A DNA stretch of 64,000 bases, taken from contig NC_069001.1 of assembly GCF_001194135.2 (NCBI RefSeq), forward strand, positions 25,783,910 to 25,847,909, given 5' to 3'. The translations under genes and the position numbers were made by a program. The stretch comes from Octopus bimaculoides (taxonomy: Eukaryota). The notes under the pieces are model-generated. The model made no database searches and was not told the origin of the DNA. It worked only from the letters and a program-made list of their open reading frames with translations. Of the stretch, positions 25,461 to 38,368 are shown in pieces; position 1 is the first letter of the stretch; every line of letters begins with the position of its first letter.

Positions 25461-26430
25461 ATGACACTGAAGGTGTGCAATGATGTAAAGTTGTTATCCC
25501 CGAAAAGGGTTATGGTAAATATGGAAAAGAAGACCATTAACTACAAAGTGCACTCAGTGGAGAGTAGGAAGGTGGAGCGGATGGAGATGGAAAAAAGTAG
25601 AAAAACCTTTGAAGGGGCTTCCGAAGGAAGTGACATACATAGCGAAAGGAAATGGATATGAGACGGTGGTTGTCTAGTTTAGGAGAGCGGAGGAGGAGAA
25701 GAAGCTGGTGAGCACAACTGTAAAAACGGAAGAACTAATACTTTTACCCACGTACCTTGGAAGAAAGACTTCTAAGGTGAGGGTAGAAGGAATTCCACCC
25801 GACATAGAAATGGCTTTGGTTGCGACAGCCGTCCTCGTTGGAAGTGAGGAGGACGTCGCTGTCCTCCATCCACAGAGACGGAGGAAGGAGGATATAAAGG
25901 GAAAATATTGGAAATTATCATAAAATCGGAGGCGAAACGGCTGGAAAATTTGGTGGAGACGGTGAGGTTGGGAGAAATAGTATTAAGAGTATGGGTAGAG
26001 GGCAGAGCTCCGCGGTGCTGTAAATGTGACCAAAAAGGCCACAGAGCTCACTGCCCTCTACAGAGGAAAATAACAGAAGAGATGGTGCTGTTGACGGAGG
26101 AGAAAAAGGAAGAAGTACAGAGAGATGGAAGGAACGCGTAGGAGAATAAAAGGGAAAAGAGAAAGAAGAGGAAGACAGTGTGATGTGGGACCCCAGACAA
26201 ACATCCCACTCAGACCCACGCTCTCCATACAGACACCAAACCCACCTTCCTCCACTCCCCACAGGAGAAAAAGAACAGACACCACAGAATTTACGAGACT
26301 CTTCCCTCCGATGGAAAAGGTTACGTATACATGGAGGAGAGAGTGTTGTCACTTAGTGATGGGGAAAAAGGAAAGACTAGATCAAAGACTAAAGAGGACT
26401 CAGTACTCAGAGGTGGCGAGGGGTGCGTAA
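25461..26430 (+). pseudogene. Decayed L1/Tx1-type ORF1 (Gag-like nucleic-acid chaperone with zinc knuckle)
   Basis: Joining three ORF-track segments across frameshifts and one stop gives ...LPTYLGRKTSKVRVEGIPPDI...VLRVWVEGRAPRCCKCDQKGHRAHCP... (CX2CX4HX3C, one residue short of the canonical knuckle), then a K/E-rich and P/S/T-rich tail. A family A SINE head lies just upstream at 25377-25432. Confidence 0.75.
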
Positions 26431-26624
26431 CACACTTTCTATATTCTCACTTCTCAAGCTATCATTCGTGTACCATTATTTTAATATTTTGATTTTAATG
26501 TGTTTCATGTTCATTTTCATGTATCATTCATAACATCATATTTCTATTTTAGTTGTTATATATCCCCACATTTGTTGTAGTATCCCCCTCTGTGTAATGC
26601 CTTTATGGCAATTTAAAAGAAATA

Positions 26625-26866
26625 CAGTAGCTTTCTTAGCAGCCACATGATTCCGAGTTAGGTCCACGGCGTGACACCTTGCGCAAGTGTCTTCTACTAT
26701 AGCCTCGGGCCGACCGAAGCCATGTGAGTCGATTTGGTAGAGCTCCCACCACCACATTCGCTTGACAATAGATATACGTGTGTTTACGTCCCCAGCAGTT
26801 CGGCAAAAGTAAATATAGAATATGTACTAGGCTCCCAAAGCATAAGACCCGGGATCGATATAAAGG
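26625..26866 (+). mobile_element. SINE family B, internally deleted
   Basis: gccacatgattccgagtt...caagtgtcttctactatagcctcgggccgacc...gtgtttacgtcccc...ttcggcaaaag. Confidence 0.85.
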
Positions 26867-27528
26867 ACACTGAAGAATATATATATATATATATNNNNNN
26901 NNNNNNNNNNNNNNNNNNNNNNNNNNNNNNNNNNNNNNNNNNNNNNNNNNNNNNNNNNNNNNNNNNNNNNNNNNNNNNNNNNNNNNNNNNNNNNAAACAA
27001 ATGTATATTCGTTTATAAGAACATAAGAAATGCAGAAATAAAAAAAAAAGATGAGAATTAATGTCTGAAGCGAGGATTGTTGAACTACACATAAGGTATC
27101 TGAAAATTGATAATTTGCGGCTAAACGATTACAGTATCTCTTTTTGTGATACAAAACATGAATGTCAGCATGCGTGCATCTGTGTATATCAGGAGCTTCT
27201 ACGCAAATTCCAATCAGTGTTGATTGGTTAAACTGCGGGTAATGTGACACTCAGCGGAATGTATTTGGAAGCACAAGGTTGAAAAACAAACTACTTAATC
27301 AGAAAGTTAGCACACTGGCCATGTCTCTCTTTCTTTTTCGTTCATTCTTCCTTTGTGCCATGTATATGATGACCGTTAGATTGTGAACACAATAAAATGA
27401 CTGAAGAATTAAGTTAAAGGTACACATGTCTGTGAAATATTGACCCACTTGCACTATAATTTAATGAGCAGCTGTTTCAGTAGAGTGAGCAGCTGAAAAC
27501 TAATTGCTGAATCAAATCAAACGTACAC

Positions 27529-27532
<4 letters not shown>

Positions 27533-27588
<56 letters not shown>

Positions 27589-27657
27589 CTTATCTATCTA
27601 TCTACGTATCTATCTATCCATCTACGTATCTATCTATCTATCTATCAACCTATCTAT
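27533..27657 (+). repeat. (TCTA)n tetranucleotide microsatellite
   Basis: Directly visible. Confidence 0.97.
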
Positions 27658-27834
27658 CATTTCACACACACGAATAGACACGCAACACTCCCCACAAACT
27701 ATAATACGCAAATACACACAAAAAACGCATACAAACACACACAGATACATACACACACGCAAACACACGCACACAAGCACACACACACACACACATATAT
27801 GTCTTCTATATTTTATCTTTTACGTACTTAAGTC

Positions 27835-27982
27835 TTCCGACAGTGGCCATGCTGTAGCACCGCTTTGAATAATTTTAGCCAAATGAATCTGTCTCAGGAA
27901 TTCCTTTCCTTCTAATCGTGATAGTTATTCTCACAAAATCTTTAGCCAAACCGACAAGTTACGGGGACGTAAACTCACACTT
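27835..27982 (-). mobile_element. SINE family B 3' fragment
   Basis: gtggccatgctgtagcaccgc...aagttacggggacgtaaac is the reverse of the family B tail. Confidence 0.7.
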
Positions 27983-28169
27983 ATGTGTTTATGTATGTAT
28001 GTATGAATGAGCGTGTGCACGTGTATTTGTATGTGTGTACGTATGTGTGCATGTATGTATGTATGTGTGTGTGTGTATTTATGTGTTTATGTGTGTATGT
28101 AAACATGTATCTTAAGAATAAGCTATTTCAGGATGTCGATTCTTTCATCTATCTTAGAAGCTCTGTAGA

Positions 28170-28860
28170 AAGTAATTGAAATCTGGATACAGAAATATTT
28201 CTGTGAATTCCAAGTGCATCACAAGCATTTAGTGGTTCAGAGTCACGCGTTTGGCGCCAGCGACATATAAATAACAATACAAAATTGGTTCTTTACAAAT
28301 CAATCTTATCATCCCTGTCGTATTCTTCTGAAACATGGTCATGTTATGAAAGATATTTCAAATTCTTAGAACTATTCCACGAAAAATGCCTTCATCGCAT
28401 TTAAAACATTAAATAGAGTTCTTTTACTCGAGATACGGATGTCCTTGCATCTGCAGGCAATTACTTTAATTAAAGCAATGATTTTGAAAAACTAAATGAA
28501 ATGGTATGGCCATATTGCTCGACTGACGAATGAACGCCCACTCACACTGCTGTTTTATGGTGGGCTTGCGGAGGGGGAAATGCTATCGGTGCAAACTTAA
28601 AAAATAAGGTTTAAGGATAGCATGAGGTAACTTGGAATGGATACAGGGAACATAGAAATCCTTGCTTCGGATCGAGCTGGATGGCAAACAAACGTGTGGA
28701 GTGAAAACGATTCAAGAGATCAGGATAACGCATAAAAAACTCAAAGATTGATTTAAAAAGAATGTTACGATCAAGAAGGTGAATCTGAATGACATTTTTT
28801 GTGACATTTATTTTGCTGGGCTCAAGTCTCATTTGCAAACCTATGGAAAACGAACCTCCC
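28170..28860 (+). mobile_element. Decayed RTE/BovB-type LINE, post-RT C-terminal region
   Basis: Peptides YSSETWSCYERYFKFLELFHEKCLHRI, WYGHIARLTNERPLTLLFYGGLAEG and KIRFKDSMR*LGMDTGNIEILASDRAGWQ match the RTE consensus (YGxETW...FHxRCLRRIL; RWxGHVxRM; RFKD...LAxDRxxW). Confidence 0.88.
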
Positions 28861-29032
28861 ACAACTATTTTGCCAGGATGTCTGCGCACACCTTTGGACG
28901 CAAAGTCTGCACTGCCTTTAGTGAAACAAATCTATATTTAACGCTACTATGTTTGCATAACGAAACGCGATTCACATATCTATCTATCTATCTATCTCTC
29001 TGTCTCTCTCTGTCTCTCTCTCGCTGTCTCTG

Positions 29033-29076
<44 letters not shown>

Positions 29077-31258
29077 CATGCATATATATATATATGCATG
29101 TATATACATATATGTGTGTGTGTGTTTGTGCGTGTGAGAGAGAGATTGTGGAGATAGGGGAAACAGAAAAGAGACAAGGAAAAAAAGAAAGATAGTGGGA
29201 GAGAAAGAGGGAAAGGGCAGTATACCTGATGTTTATTCTTCTCTTCCTCCTCCTCTTCCTTCTTCTTCTTCTTATTATTATTATCTCTCTCGCACCTCTG
29301 TATCTTGTCAGACTATTCACATGTATACACACATTAGCAGAGTTATGTATATACACGCGCAGTCGATCCTACTTCATCTAAATAAGTTACATTTTAACAT
29401 GGAGCAACACAACGTAACCATGTACTTGTATGTGTGAATATAATCAGAGGTACACACGCATTCACACACGCACTCACACACACAACATGCTTGTACGCAA
29501 TTATTCTCCAGGTTCACTAGTAAACTATTGGTCAAAGCGCTGTCATCTGGGACCAGCATGCTGGCGAAGTTATTATAGATGCACGAATACTGTTAGAAAG
29601 AAAACTTACAATCGATTAACCCGAATTCGGTGTACTACTGGTACATAATCGAGCCATTGAGTGTAATAGCTATAGTGTTGCTTGACCTGCTAGAATTATC
29701 TGAGTGTTTACCCTACCAAGATACACCACCTTTAGAAAATCTTAGTTCCTGTATTTACCCGTACAAGAGAAAAAAAATATTTCATCGTTTTCTCACTTGA
29801 TAAACTGATTTAGTGCTCATCTAAACTTTTAAGGACAAAACTGTAATATTTCACTCTTATTTTTCATGTAAATAAGCGTCTTCATAAAATGTGATGTTTA
29901 TTCTTATGGAATTTGGAATTAAAACTAAGTGAATTGATACTAACTAGTTTAATTCATTTAAACCGACACTCTAACATTTCTGTTCACAATCCACTCAAAA
30001 TTTTCCAAATGTTATTAAAACTCTTAATCAGGCTCTCAATAAATTTTAAACTCGGGGAAGCAAGTACTTGACAGGGATCCAACGATACATTTTAATTTTA
30101 TGAAATATACTTTATTTTTGAGTTGTTTTTTTAAATTTAGCAATTAAAAAGAAAAAAATAATCACAAGAAAATTAATTTTGTCCAAACAGAATCGTTTTC
30201 TTTATTTTTTTTAAGCTCTTGTTATTTTATTCATTTATTCATTTGTGTAATGCTGAATCCACCAACAAAATACGCATTGATTTTTCTCTCGATTTATATT
30301 TTATTACATTTGTTCTATGTTTGTTTTTAGGGAAACATTTTCTATTAGATCCATATGTCACCGAACCAATATAATTTCAGAATAAAACTATTTCAATGAT
30401 GGTAGCGTGCAAATCTAAAAAGAGATGTAAAGAACAAACATCATCTAACAATTTGTAAGTGGAGATGAGGTCAGAGAGACTAAACAAAATCAAACATGTC
30501 ATTATTTGATTTATATATCAAATCTAATGAACGTATAATTCTTCTAAGCGGATCCTTTCAGAAAACATTTGGAATGATTACAAAAGCATGTCGCCACACT
30601 TAGGTGAATCATATCCTTTTGATTTCTATAAATACCGGAAAAGAATCCTCACAACTCCTACTGTACATTAATAACTATAAACGGAATAGAGCAGCATCTA
30701 AGATTCTTTCATTTCATGCCCAGTAATATTAAACAGAAAGAAAATTAATACTATGCAGACACAGTTTATGAAAATGTAGCATAGTTACCAGTGCAATAAT
30801 GGAGCAACAGGAAATTGCATGTGTTAACAATATTGTTCGATTTTCTCCTGAAGGCATTAATTAGTTCGACATAAATTATCTGAAATTACTGCAGGCAAGA
30901 ATTGAAAATGGACGTGTGGGGTCATAGAACCGAGTGACTGGGGATTAGTTGGGATTCAGCACGAAAGCAACAGTCCAACTAATCTGGAGATTAACAAAGA
31001 AGGAAAAAATAAAAAGATATCGATGAAGGATTAAATATATTTGAGGTGCAACGAATTCGAGTTAGTTGTGTAGAGATATTTTGAGATGAGGTGAAGATGT
31101 TTTTCTTTTTCATGCTAAAGTTATTAACACGGATAAAGAATGCACTTACAAAAATACATTAATGGGTAGCCATCCTTGTAGGGTTAGACAAAAATTCACA
31201 CGCATGCTATTCCCATCTCTGTGTGTGTGGTTTTTTGGGGGTGAAAAAGTGTGTGTGC

Positions 31259-31260
<2 letters not shown>

Positions 31261-31330
<70 letters not shown>
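31261..31330. repeat. Long pure (TA)n microsatellite
   Basis: Directly visible. It is one of many TA/TG/CA/CT tracts across the window. Confidence 0.98.
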
Positions 31331-31342
<12 letters not shown>

Positions 31343-33839
31343 TTATATATGTATATGCATATATGTGCTAGTATATATGTACGAGGACACATGCATTTTG
31401 CCTTTTTGAGACCTTAAGTACTACTTGAGTCGTACTGACACATGGTGTCTTGCATATGCAACGCCCATCTGTTTGTTTATAAGTGTCTTTTCCATGCCTA
31501 GTAACTCTGGTTTTCGACCAATAGAGACTGTTAAGTAACATAACGAGAAATATGTACGGATGAATTGATGAGCAAACATCACATTAATGCAGAACTACGA
31601 TATGAACATAGTTCAAGGAATGAAACAATTAATAAATACATTAAAAAATAGTAGCATCTGCACTGATTGACCTGAGTAGTTTGCTAATGATCGCGTTATG
31701 CTATATATTCTCAGTATTTATCGTTAGGCACATAAGTGTCCGTTTATTAATCTCCTGATAAAATAAATGTTTAGTATTCACGTTTCGATAAGGTATTTCT
31801 AGTCTAGCTCCGCATATAATGTTTAATAAGACATCTCTCGACATTGTAAACTTTCTGTTTAATGTAACAATTTATTCTGAATTTCACTAAATCTAGAATC
31901 ACTACACATACCTTTCTTTTTAGTACTTGTATTTCAAAGGGTCAGATAAAGCTTACTTGTCCATTATTTTTCTAGGGCATGTCCAAATATCAGGGAATTG
32001 GTATTGCACACATACATTTGCATTCACACAGATAAAGTATCACACATTCACACATATATGGTAATTTGTCATTCAAATATACAACTAAATATAACTGGAT
32101 TGTTTCTATGCAGGGTTATTAAGCACCTTCTAACTAGGTCTGAAGAAAAGATGATAATTACCTGACCATCAAAATAACACATGGATTTACAATAAGACTG
32201 CACTTGGATATCTTGTGTGAGATGAGAAAAGCGAAGACGATAAAAAGTGCCAATCTCATTTGAATCTAGACAAGAATTTCATGGGCTGAACGCAGTCAAG
32301 CTTCAAATTACTACACTATAATCGCTTTAGGGAAGTGATTATTGCTAAGGTGTGCAAGTTCAAGGCCATATGATTAATGCATCATAAAAGCATGTTTGTT
32401 GAAGTGCGATTTTGGAAAGACATATGAAAGTGAGGAAGGAACAAAATTACTGAAATGATGATAGGGAAACAGAAGGTTTGTGGAAGAGTAAAGAATGTGA
32501 TTAATGATCAGAAGATTGCGTTTCTCTGTTCACACCACGACAAGTAACATCTTTGCATACATGCTTATTGCGAAGAAGTTCCCGTATTTTCTATTCCTTG
32601 TCCATTCATATTTCATTTCCTCCTAATTTGCTTTTCTTTCGCCGAAACATCACGGATATAAGATGCAGTTCATATTGGCATTCATTAATCAATTGAAATA
32701 TGAGTCTTCATATCATATAATACTGGCAATCTGCACATAGTGACTACCCGGACGCAGGTAAACACCAAATATTGTGAACATTCATCACTCTGTTGGAAAT
32801 AATTACAAATGCCATCTTCGTTAACAGAAACTAAAATAAAAATGCACTAAATGCTTTGAATTAATTATTTTGTATTTACTCGGAAGAATACAGACATTTG
32901 CTAAAATTTTGCAAGCGTTAAAACCTCCGACATTCTTAACTTAGCGAGTACAATAATGACCTGGTCAGTTACTACAGGGGTATGTCATTGTGTTAACCTC
33001 GAATAATACTTAACGCTTTCATTTCTCTCGCCTTCTTCATTTCTGCTTCCTAAAACTTATGTATCATCCTCTATTTTCCTTGATTTCACCTATTTCTCAA
33101 TTCCTCCTGTCTCCCCTCTAATTCAGTTCATTCCATTCTGCTAGAATAAAGCTTTATATTCCCGTTCAGCACATGTGATTACTCATCGATTTTGCATAAT
33201 TCCATTTCACAATTACACTAAAGCGGTTTTCGTGCTTGATCAAATTGTTGCATGTTGACAAACTTGAAAAAAAAATATTTTAAACGCGTCATGCTCATTC
33301 GACCAGATACATTTTTTGACATACTCAGGATGCATATTTATAATATTTGAAATCTCATATTGCTTCGAATGCATGAACTCATACCATGTTGGAATAAAGT
33401 CATATAACGTCATATGTTTATTTCTATCAAATTTTGTTTTTATGAACATTTTTATGGTTTATCTTTCGTAAATATGTGCATATAACTGCGAGTACAAATC
33501 ATTTCTAATATTTATCATCACGAAATTTAGCTGAAATGTGTACGCCTGGAGCAAACGATAACATTCAACCGTGCAATCTACAGTTTTTACAAAATAAATT
33601 CCTCATTCACTCGAAGTTTTAGTTTTGATTCCAAAAGTCAACCAGCTTACAGACACACAAAATCCATTCACCCTCGCTCGTACACGCATGCTTTCCGCGT
33701 TGTGTAAATAGTTAGATATATTTTATTTCTCTTATTACATTTTCTACGAATCTTTCCTGCTATTCTTACCACAGGAGAGGACTTTATTCTGCACATTTAA
33801 CTATTCACACACGCACCCCCCCCCACATGGGGGAAAGAG

Positions 33840-35450
33840 GGGTGCCAGAGTAAGGCCTGCCAGGATTATAGAGACGGATGTAATAGTTGCAGCTACAAGG
33901 ACTACATTCAAAGATCTTGTCTGTTGTCTCGTCTCCCGCCTCTGTGAAATATTTGTTTTCATTATTAAGAAGCTTCGGTTTCGCATTTCGTAGTTGCGTC
34001 TTTTTAAAAACCTTCTTGAATCAGGTAAGCATTTTCCAACGCACTCTAAAAAGATTTCAGTTTTCTCTTGTTGTTATCTTTCGAAGTAAGATGTAGTTGT
34101 CCTAGCCTTCTTTTACTGCTTTTATATTTCAACCAAAGAAGATGCAGCTTTTGAGTGTCTGGGCGTGAACCAGGATCTCATTCTTGAGCGCAATGTCCGT
34201 CTACCTCATGTGTCTCGTATTTTAAGTGGAAAGCTTTGAATTGTTGCTCTTGGTAGGGTTTAAAACTTCAGGGCTGTAAAGTCCACAGAGGATAAGCTCT
34301 GTTGATTGCAATCTTGATGAGCACATATACACTGCTGACCGCATAGACTTGTCCTTTCAGATAGGATAGCGTCAAGACTTCATTTGCAATGCGTCAGCGA
34401 AGATAAAGCAGACGATTGCGTGGGCAAACATACCATATGTCACACTCCACTACGGAGGACGATTTCTTTCCAAACATGTCCTATTAGACTAAATAACGCC
34501 ATCATTTTCAAAGTGGATGTCTGGGAAACCTTTTTTCTGAACTACATTCCTAAAGGATACGATTGCACCATATTAATACAGTTCGCATGGCTCAGTAACC
34601 ATTTCCCATTATCTTTGATATAATTTCGTTATACATCGTGCGAATTTACCTTAAGTTACGATTGAGAGATGCTCTGCTGTTGAAATCTCCAACTAATAGT
34701 AGTTGGTCTTTGAGAAGAGTTTTCTTGTCTTCATTTGTTTCTTGCGTAGAGACATGGTTAAAAATTCAGATACCAAAAACGTCAGATGATGCATCGGAAT
34801 TATGAAAAGAAATGAGAAAATCCGCTCTGTGCTTCTATGGTTGGGCTTCAAAGTTTTCTGCAGTGAAGTTCTCACAGCAAATTCGGTGCCCTACTATTTT
34901 CTAAGCCATTTTCTCCTCGATAAAAATATAATATAGTGATTCTGATGCATATTGCGTGACACTACTAAATGTATAACTTGGTGCATTGTGATGGTCTCTT
35001 AAAGATTTTGTGGTTCATTGTTAAACGCTGCACTGTTGTGTATAATTAACTAGTTAATATAGTTTGTATATTTCTACACTATAGTTGGGTTCTTTTCAAG
35101 TCTTGTTGCTGATGCTGTGTTGTCTCTGGAATCTAAGTTACTTTTATCCGTAAAATCCATACGTCAGCGATGCACGCAGAATATGATGAGACAACATGTA
35201 AATCTCTGTCATCATTCAACATGAGCTAGGTATTATGTCATTGCCTTTATCTCTCCATCTGTGACTGCTCAGACAATCATCATAGTCATGAGCCTGAATG
35301 AGCATGGATTGATATTTGCTATTGTAAGCCTTTTCGTTTTGAGCTACCTCAGTGATACGACATTTGAGTGTCCTCTCGAAGAAGTAAGTAGATTATATCT
35401 TGATGACCTGCTGTTACCCGCGCAGCAGTTCTCTCCACACAGCTGAATTT
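33840..35450 (-). mobile_element. Heavily decayed, internally deleted RTE-type LINE
   Basis: Minus strand gives ERTAARV... (ERRTA-like endonuclease start, about 35440), KDQLLLVGDFNSRA (about 34700) and a frameshifted GLYS-like C-terminal motif (about 34290). Confidence 0.55.
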
Positions 35451-36275
35451 GTTGAAGGGGAAATTGAAGTGCCCTATAAACTTGGCACAATTCTTGGCGC
35501 AAAAATTACAAAAACGAAAATAAGAAATCAATTGGCCTTCTCTAAGCAGTTAAACTCCGAATATGTCACTATGGTTTTGTCCCCAATACACTCCGATAAG
35601 AAGGTAGAGCCCTAAGCCAGCATTTATTCATAATGATAGATTTTTGTTGCCTACAGGAACTTCTTCCGCGAAGGGATAAGTTTTATCTACACGACGTACA
35701 TGTTTTATGTCACTGAATAGAATCATCTGATTCATCTTGCGATATAAACATTGCGACAAAGAAGAAGAGAATGGATTTGAATTTGGATGTCAATGAATGA
35801 TTAAGACGGATGCCAACGGGCACTGTAAGGCCGTATGATTCAGTTGGAATAGCTTTCAAATACAAAAAGAAACAAATACACAATGCAGCGAAAAAGTATT
35901 AAATATAACTGTTAGTAGAATCGTATCGTTTGTATCTGAAATCTCCTGAGGAGAAACATCTACACCAAGGGATAGCATTAAACCTGATGTTCAGAATATC
36001 CCACCTGCAAGGGATCGATGCTGGTTGGGTCGAAACATCTGTAGTCATCAATAAAGATTCTTGTGTCTTCTTTCGTATTCCGTCTCTCTCATTAATCAAA
36101 TTCCCAAACGCACTCTGAAAAAGTAAACGAGCTTTACCGGCAAGCTACCAGGTGTACACCTTGCGATTTATGGAATTATATCGGCATATACTACGCCCAT
36201 CACTACGACATACCCCACACGTTCCCCACCATCTGCATTTGCAGCAATATATATATATATATATANNNNNNNNNN

Positions 36276-36564
36276 ACATATGTTGTTGTACTTGGGGATG
36301 GTCATATTGCCAGTTTAGCCAATAAAAACACACGCACTGTATATTTGGTGTTAATTTGCTTCAGCTTTATATTACATTAATCTTAATCTTATTTCGGCCA
36401 GAGTTCTTTCGTCACACTTCTGTGACCTCATCAGTGGTCCTTTGTTTCCTTCTTTCTTATGTGTGTCTCACCTTGCTAACTATCAGCCATTTTGTATTTT
36501 GTATTCCTATTGTATGTGTCTATGCATCTGTGTCCTTCAATGTGTCTGTATCTTTTGTAAGTGC

Positions 36565-36570
<6 letters not shown>
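36276..36570 (-). mobile_element. Non-coding hammerhead-bearing repeat module (Penelope pseudo-LTR or retrozyme-like) between (TA)n tracts
   Basis: About 295-bp non-microsatellite island bounded by (TA)n plus a gap on the left and (TA)n on the right. It contains the hammerhead motif below. Confidence 0.65.
36396..36440 (-). ncRNA. Minimal type I hammerhead ribozyme with intact catalytic core
   Basis: Minus strand: GGACCA-CTGATGA-G-GTCACA(GAAG)TGTGAC-GAAA-G-AA-C-TC-TGGCC. It has both conserved cores, a 6-bp stem II, a 2-bp stem III, a CUC triplet, and stem I TGG/CCA plus CC/GG. Confidence 0.8.
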
Positions 36571-36598
<28 letters not shown>

Positions 36599-37930
36599 GT
36601 AATGAAATAGGGAGTGCGTTATATAGATATATATGTTATATATAGATATATATTCATACAGACAGATTTAAAGACATATGTGTGTGTGTATGTATAATCC
36701 ATATAGATATGCACCATATGCTGTATAAGTATATTGCGTTTATCTACGTATACATGTAATCATCTACACATATATTAATGAACATATACATAAGTATATA
36801 TGCTTGTATGTATCTCTAGATATATGTAATATGCCTACATTTACTGCTACTGATAATTTTTGAATAGCTCATAAGACATAGATACATATATCTCAAAATG
36901 GAAAACAAAACCTTAATCTTTCTGCACTTTTTTTCCACTTAATCTCTTAACTCGTAACTTAAAGCGGCCAAATATTTCTTAAGATTTGAAATAAATCGGT
37001 TACATTCCATAATTGCACGCTAATATTTTTATATCCTCTATCCAATTTTTATATACCTATTCTTCTTCACGAAGATAATATCGACTGTATTGCACGCAAA
37101 ATAGATATTTGTGTAGGTATTGAAATATTTTTTCGATTACGTGAGTAAGAATGAATTTATACCGCTATATTATAAAGAATGCAGATTTTGTTCTGAGTGC
37201 AATATTGCCACGATACTGGGGAATAAATGCTTAAATAAAAGTGTTGGTGGGATTATAATTGCCTGACAGATAAGACGGTCATAACTGATAATTTTGTTAA
37301 TGTGGTTGCTGCAAATGCAGATGATGGGGAACGTGTGGGGTATGTCGTAGTGATGGGCGTAGAATATGCCGATGATGGTAATGATGACTGTAGATCCTGG
37401 TGATATATTAATGGATATTTCTGGAAGCAGGGATATGATGTGGTTCTATAGGTGGTACTTCCAGAGAATTAATCATTGTTGCGGGTGATGATAATGAATA
37501 TCATTGATATATTTGAAGTTGTGATGGCGTTTGTTATACTTGTGTCGAAGGTGAACAATTTGGGATTTTCTGATGACGATTGTAGTGATTCGAAAGACTG
37601 AGTATTTTCATAAAGACTGAACAGGTTTCATGTGGTTGGTTTGGGTGTAAGTTTTTATTATTTTGAAATGCGGGACGCACATACACACGCACGCACGCAC
37701 ACACACTCACACAGTCTCACATAAATAAAACAGACAGACATATAGATAAATAGATAGACAGATGGATTTAAGAATTCACAAACAAACTAGCATTCAAACA
37801 TATCTATCCTATGCAAGTGTCTTTGCATGTAAGCGTATATGTGTATGCGGGGGCGGGGGTCTCTGTAGAAAATGCCTTGGCTATAAATCAACGCTTGTTT
37901 AGAATAAAATATATCTCTTTTTCGCTCTGT

Positions 37931-38037
<107 letters not shown>

Positions 38038-38208
38038 AAAAGAAATTAACGGATGTATGCTTGTGTTCCTGTGCGCGATGGAATCCGTTGTTTTTGACAG
38101 ATTATTCTATTCAGATATAGAGTAAAAATATTGCCTTGATGAGTTCACTTGGTCGTAGGATTGATGTCCCACAAAATACAACTAATATTGTATGTCGTTC
38201 GGGGATTA

Positions 38209-38368
38209 CGAGCTGGCAGTATCGTTAGCTTACCGGTAATGTGCTTTGTGGCATTTCGTCCACCTTTACGAAATGAGTTCTAAGATTCATTTTGGCTTTC
38301 ATCCTTTCCGGTTATGATTAACAATAGGGTCGATGTAATTGAGTTACCCAACCCCAGCAAAATTACCA
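38209..38368 (+). mobile_element. Decayed SINE family A, internally deleted
   Basis: gagctggcagtatcgttagc...ggcatttcgtcc...gctttcatcctttc...gggtcgatgtaatt. Confidence 0.75.

Larger units (their letters stand above)
36180..37373. repeat. Inverted repeat pair with 68-bp arms (36180-36247 and 37306-37373)
   Basis: The arms are reverse complements with 2 mismatches (read by eye). The spacer is about 1.06 kb. Confidence 0.93.

Noticed and set aside
29511-29640. Phase 1-1 Cys-containing candidate exon (GSLVNYWSKRCHLGPAC...)
   Set aside because: Its 3' half resembles a decayed reverse SINE-A tail, and the donor is weak.
30399-30592. Plus-strand candidate exons (NKTISMMVACKSKKRC...; RILSENIWNDY...)
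   Set aside because: Phases are incompatible without a stop, and there is no recognisable domain.
30943-30984. GATTAGTTGG/CCAACTAATC hairpin as a possible pre-miRNA
   Set aside because: The stem is only about 10-13 bp, too short, and no known miRNA was recognised.
35261-35615. Apparent plus-strand two-exon secreted peptide with a 58-nt GT-AG intron
   Set aside because: It lies antisense to RTE endonuclease remnants (ERTA..., GDFN), so it is most likely a chance splice pattern in a dead LINE.
37569-37605. CTGATGA...GAAA spacing resembling a hammerhead
   Set aside because: Stem II, stem III and stem I do not pair.
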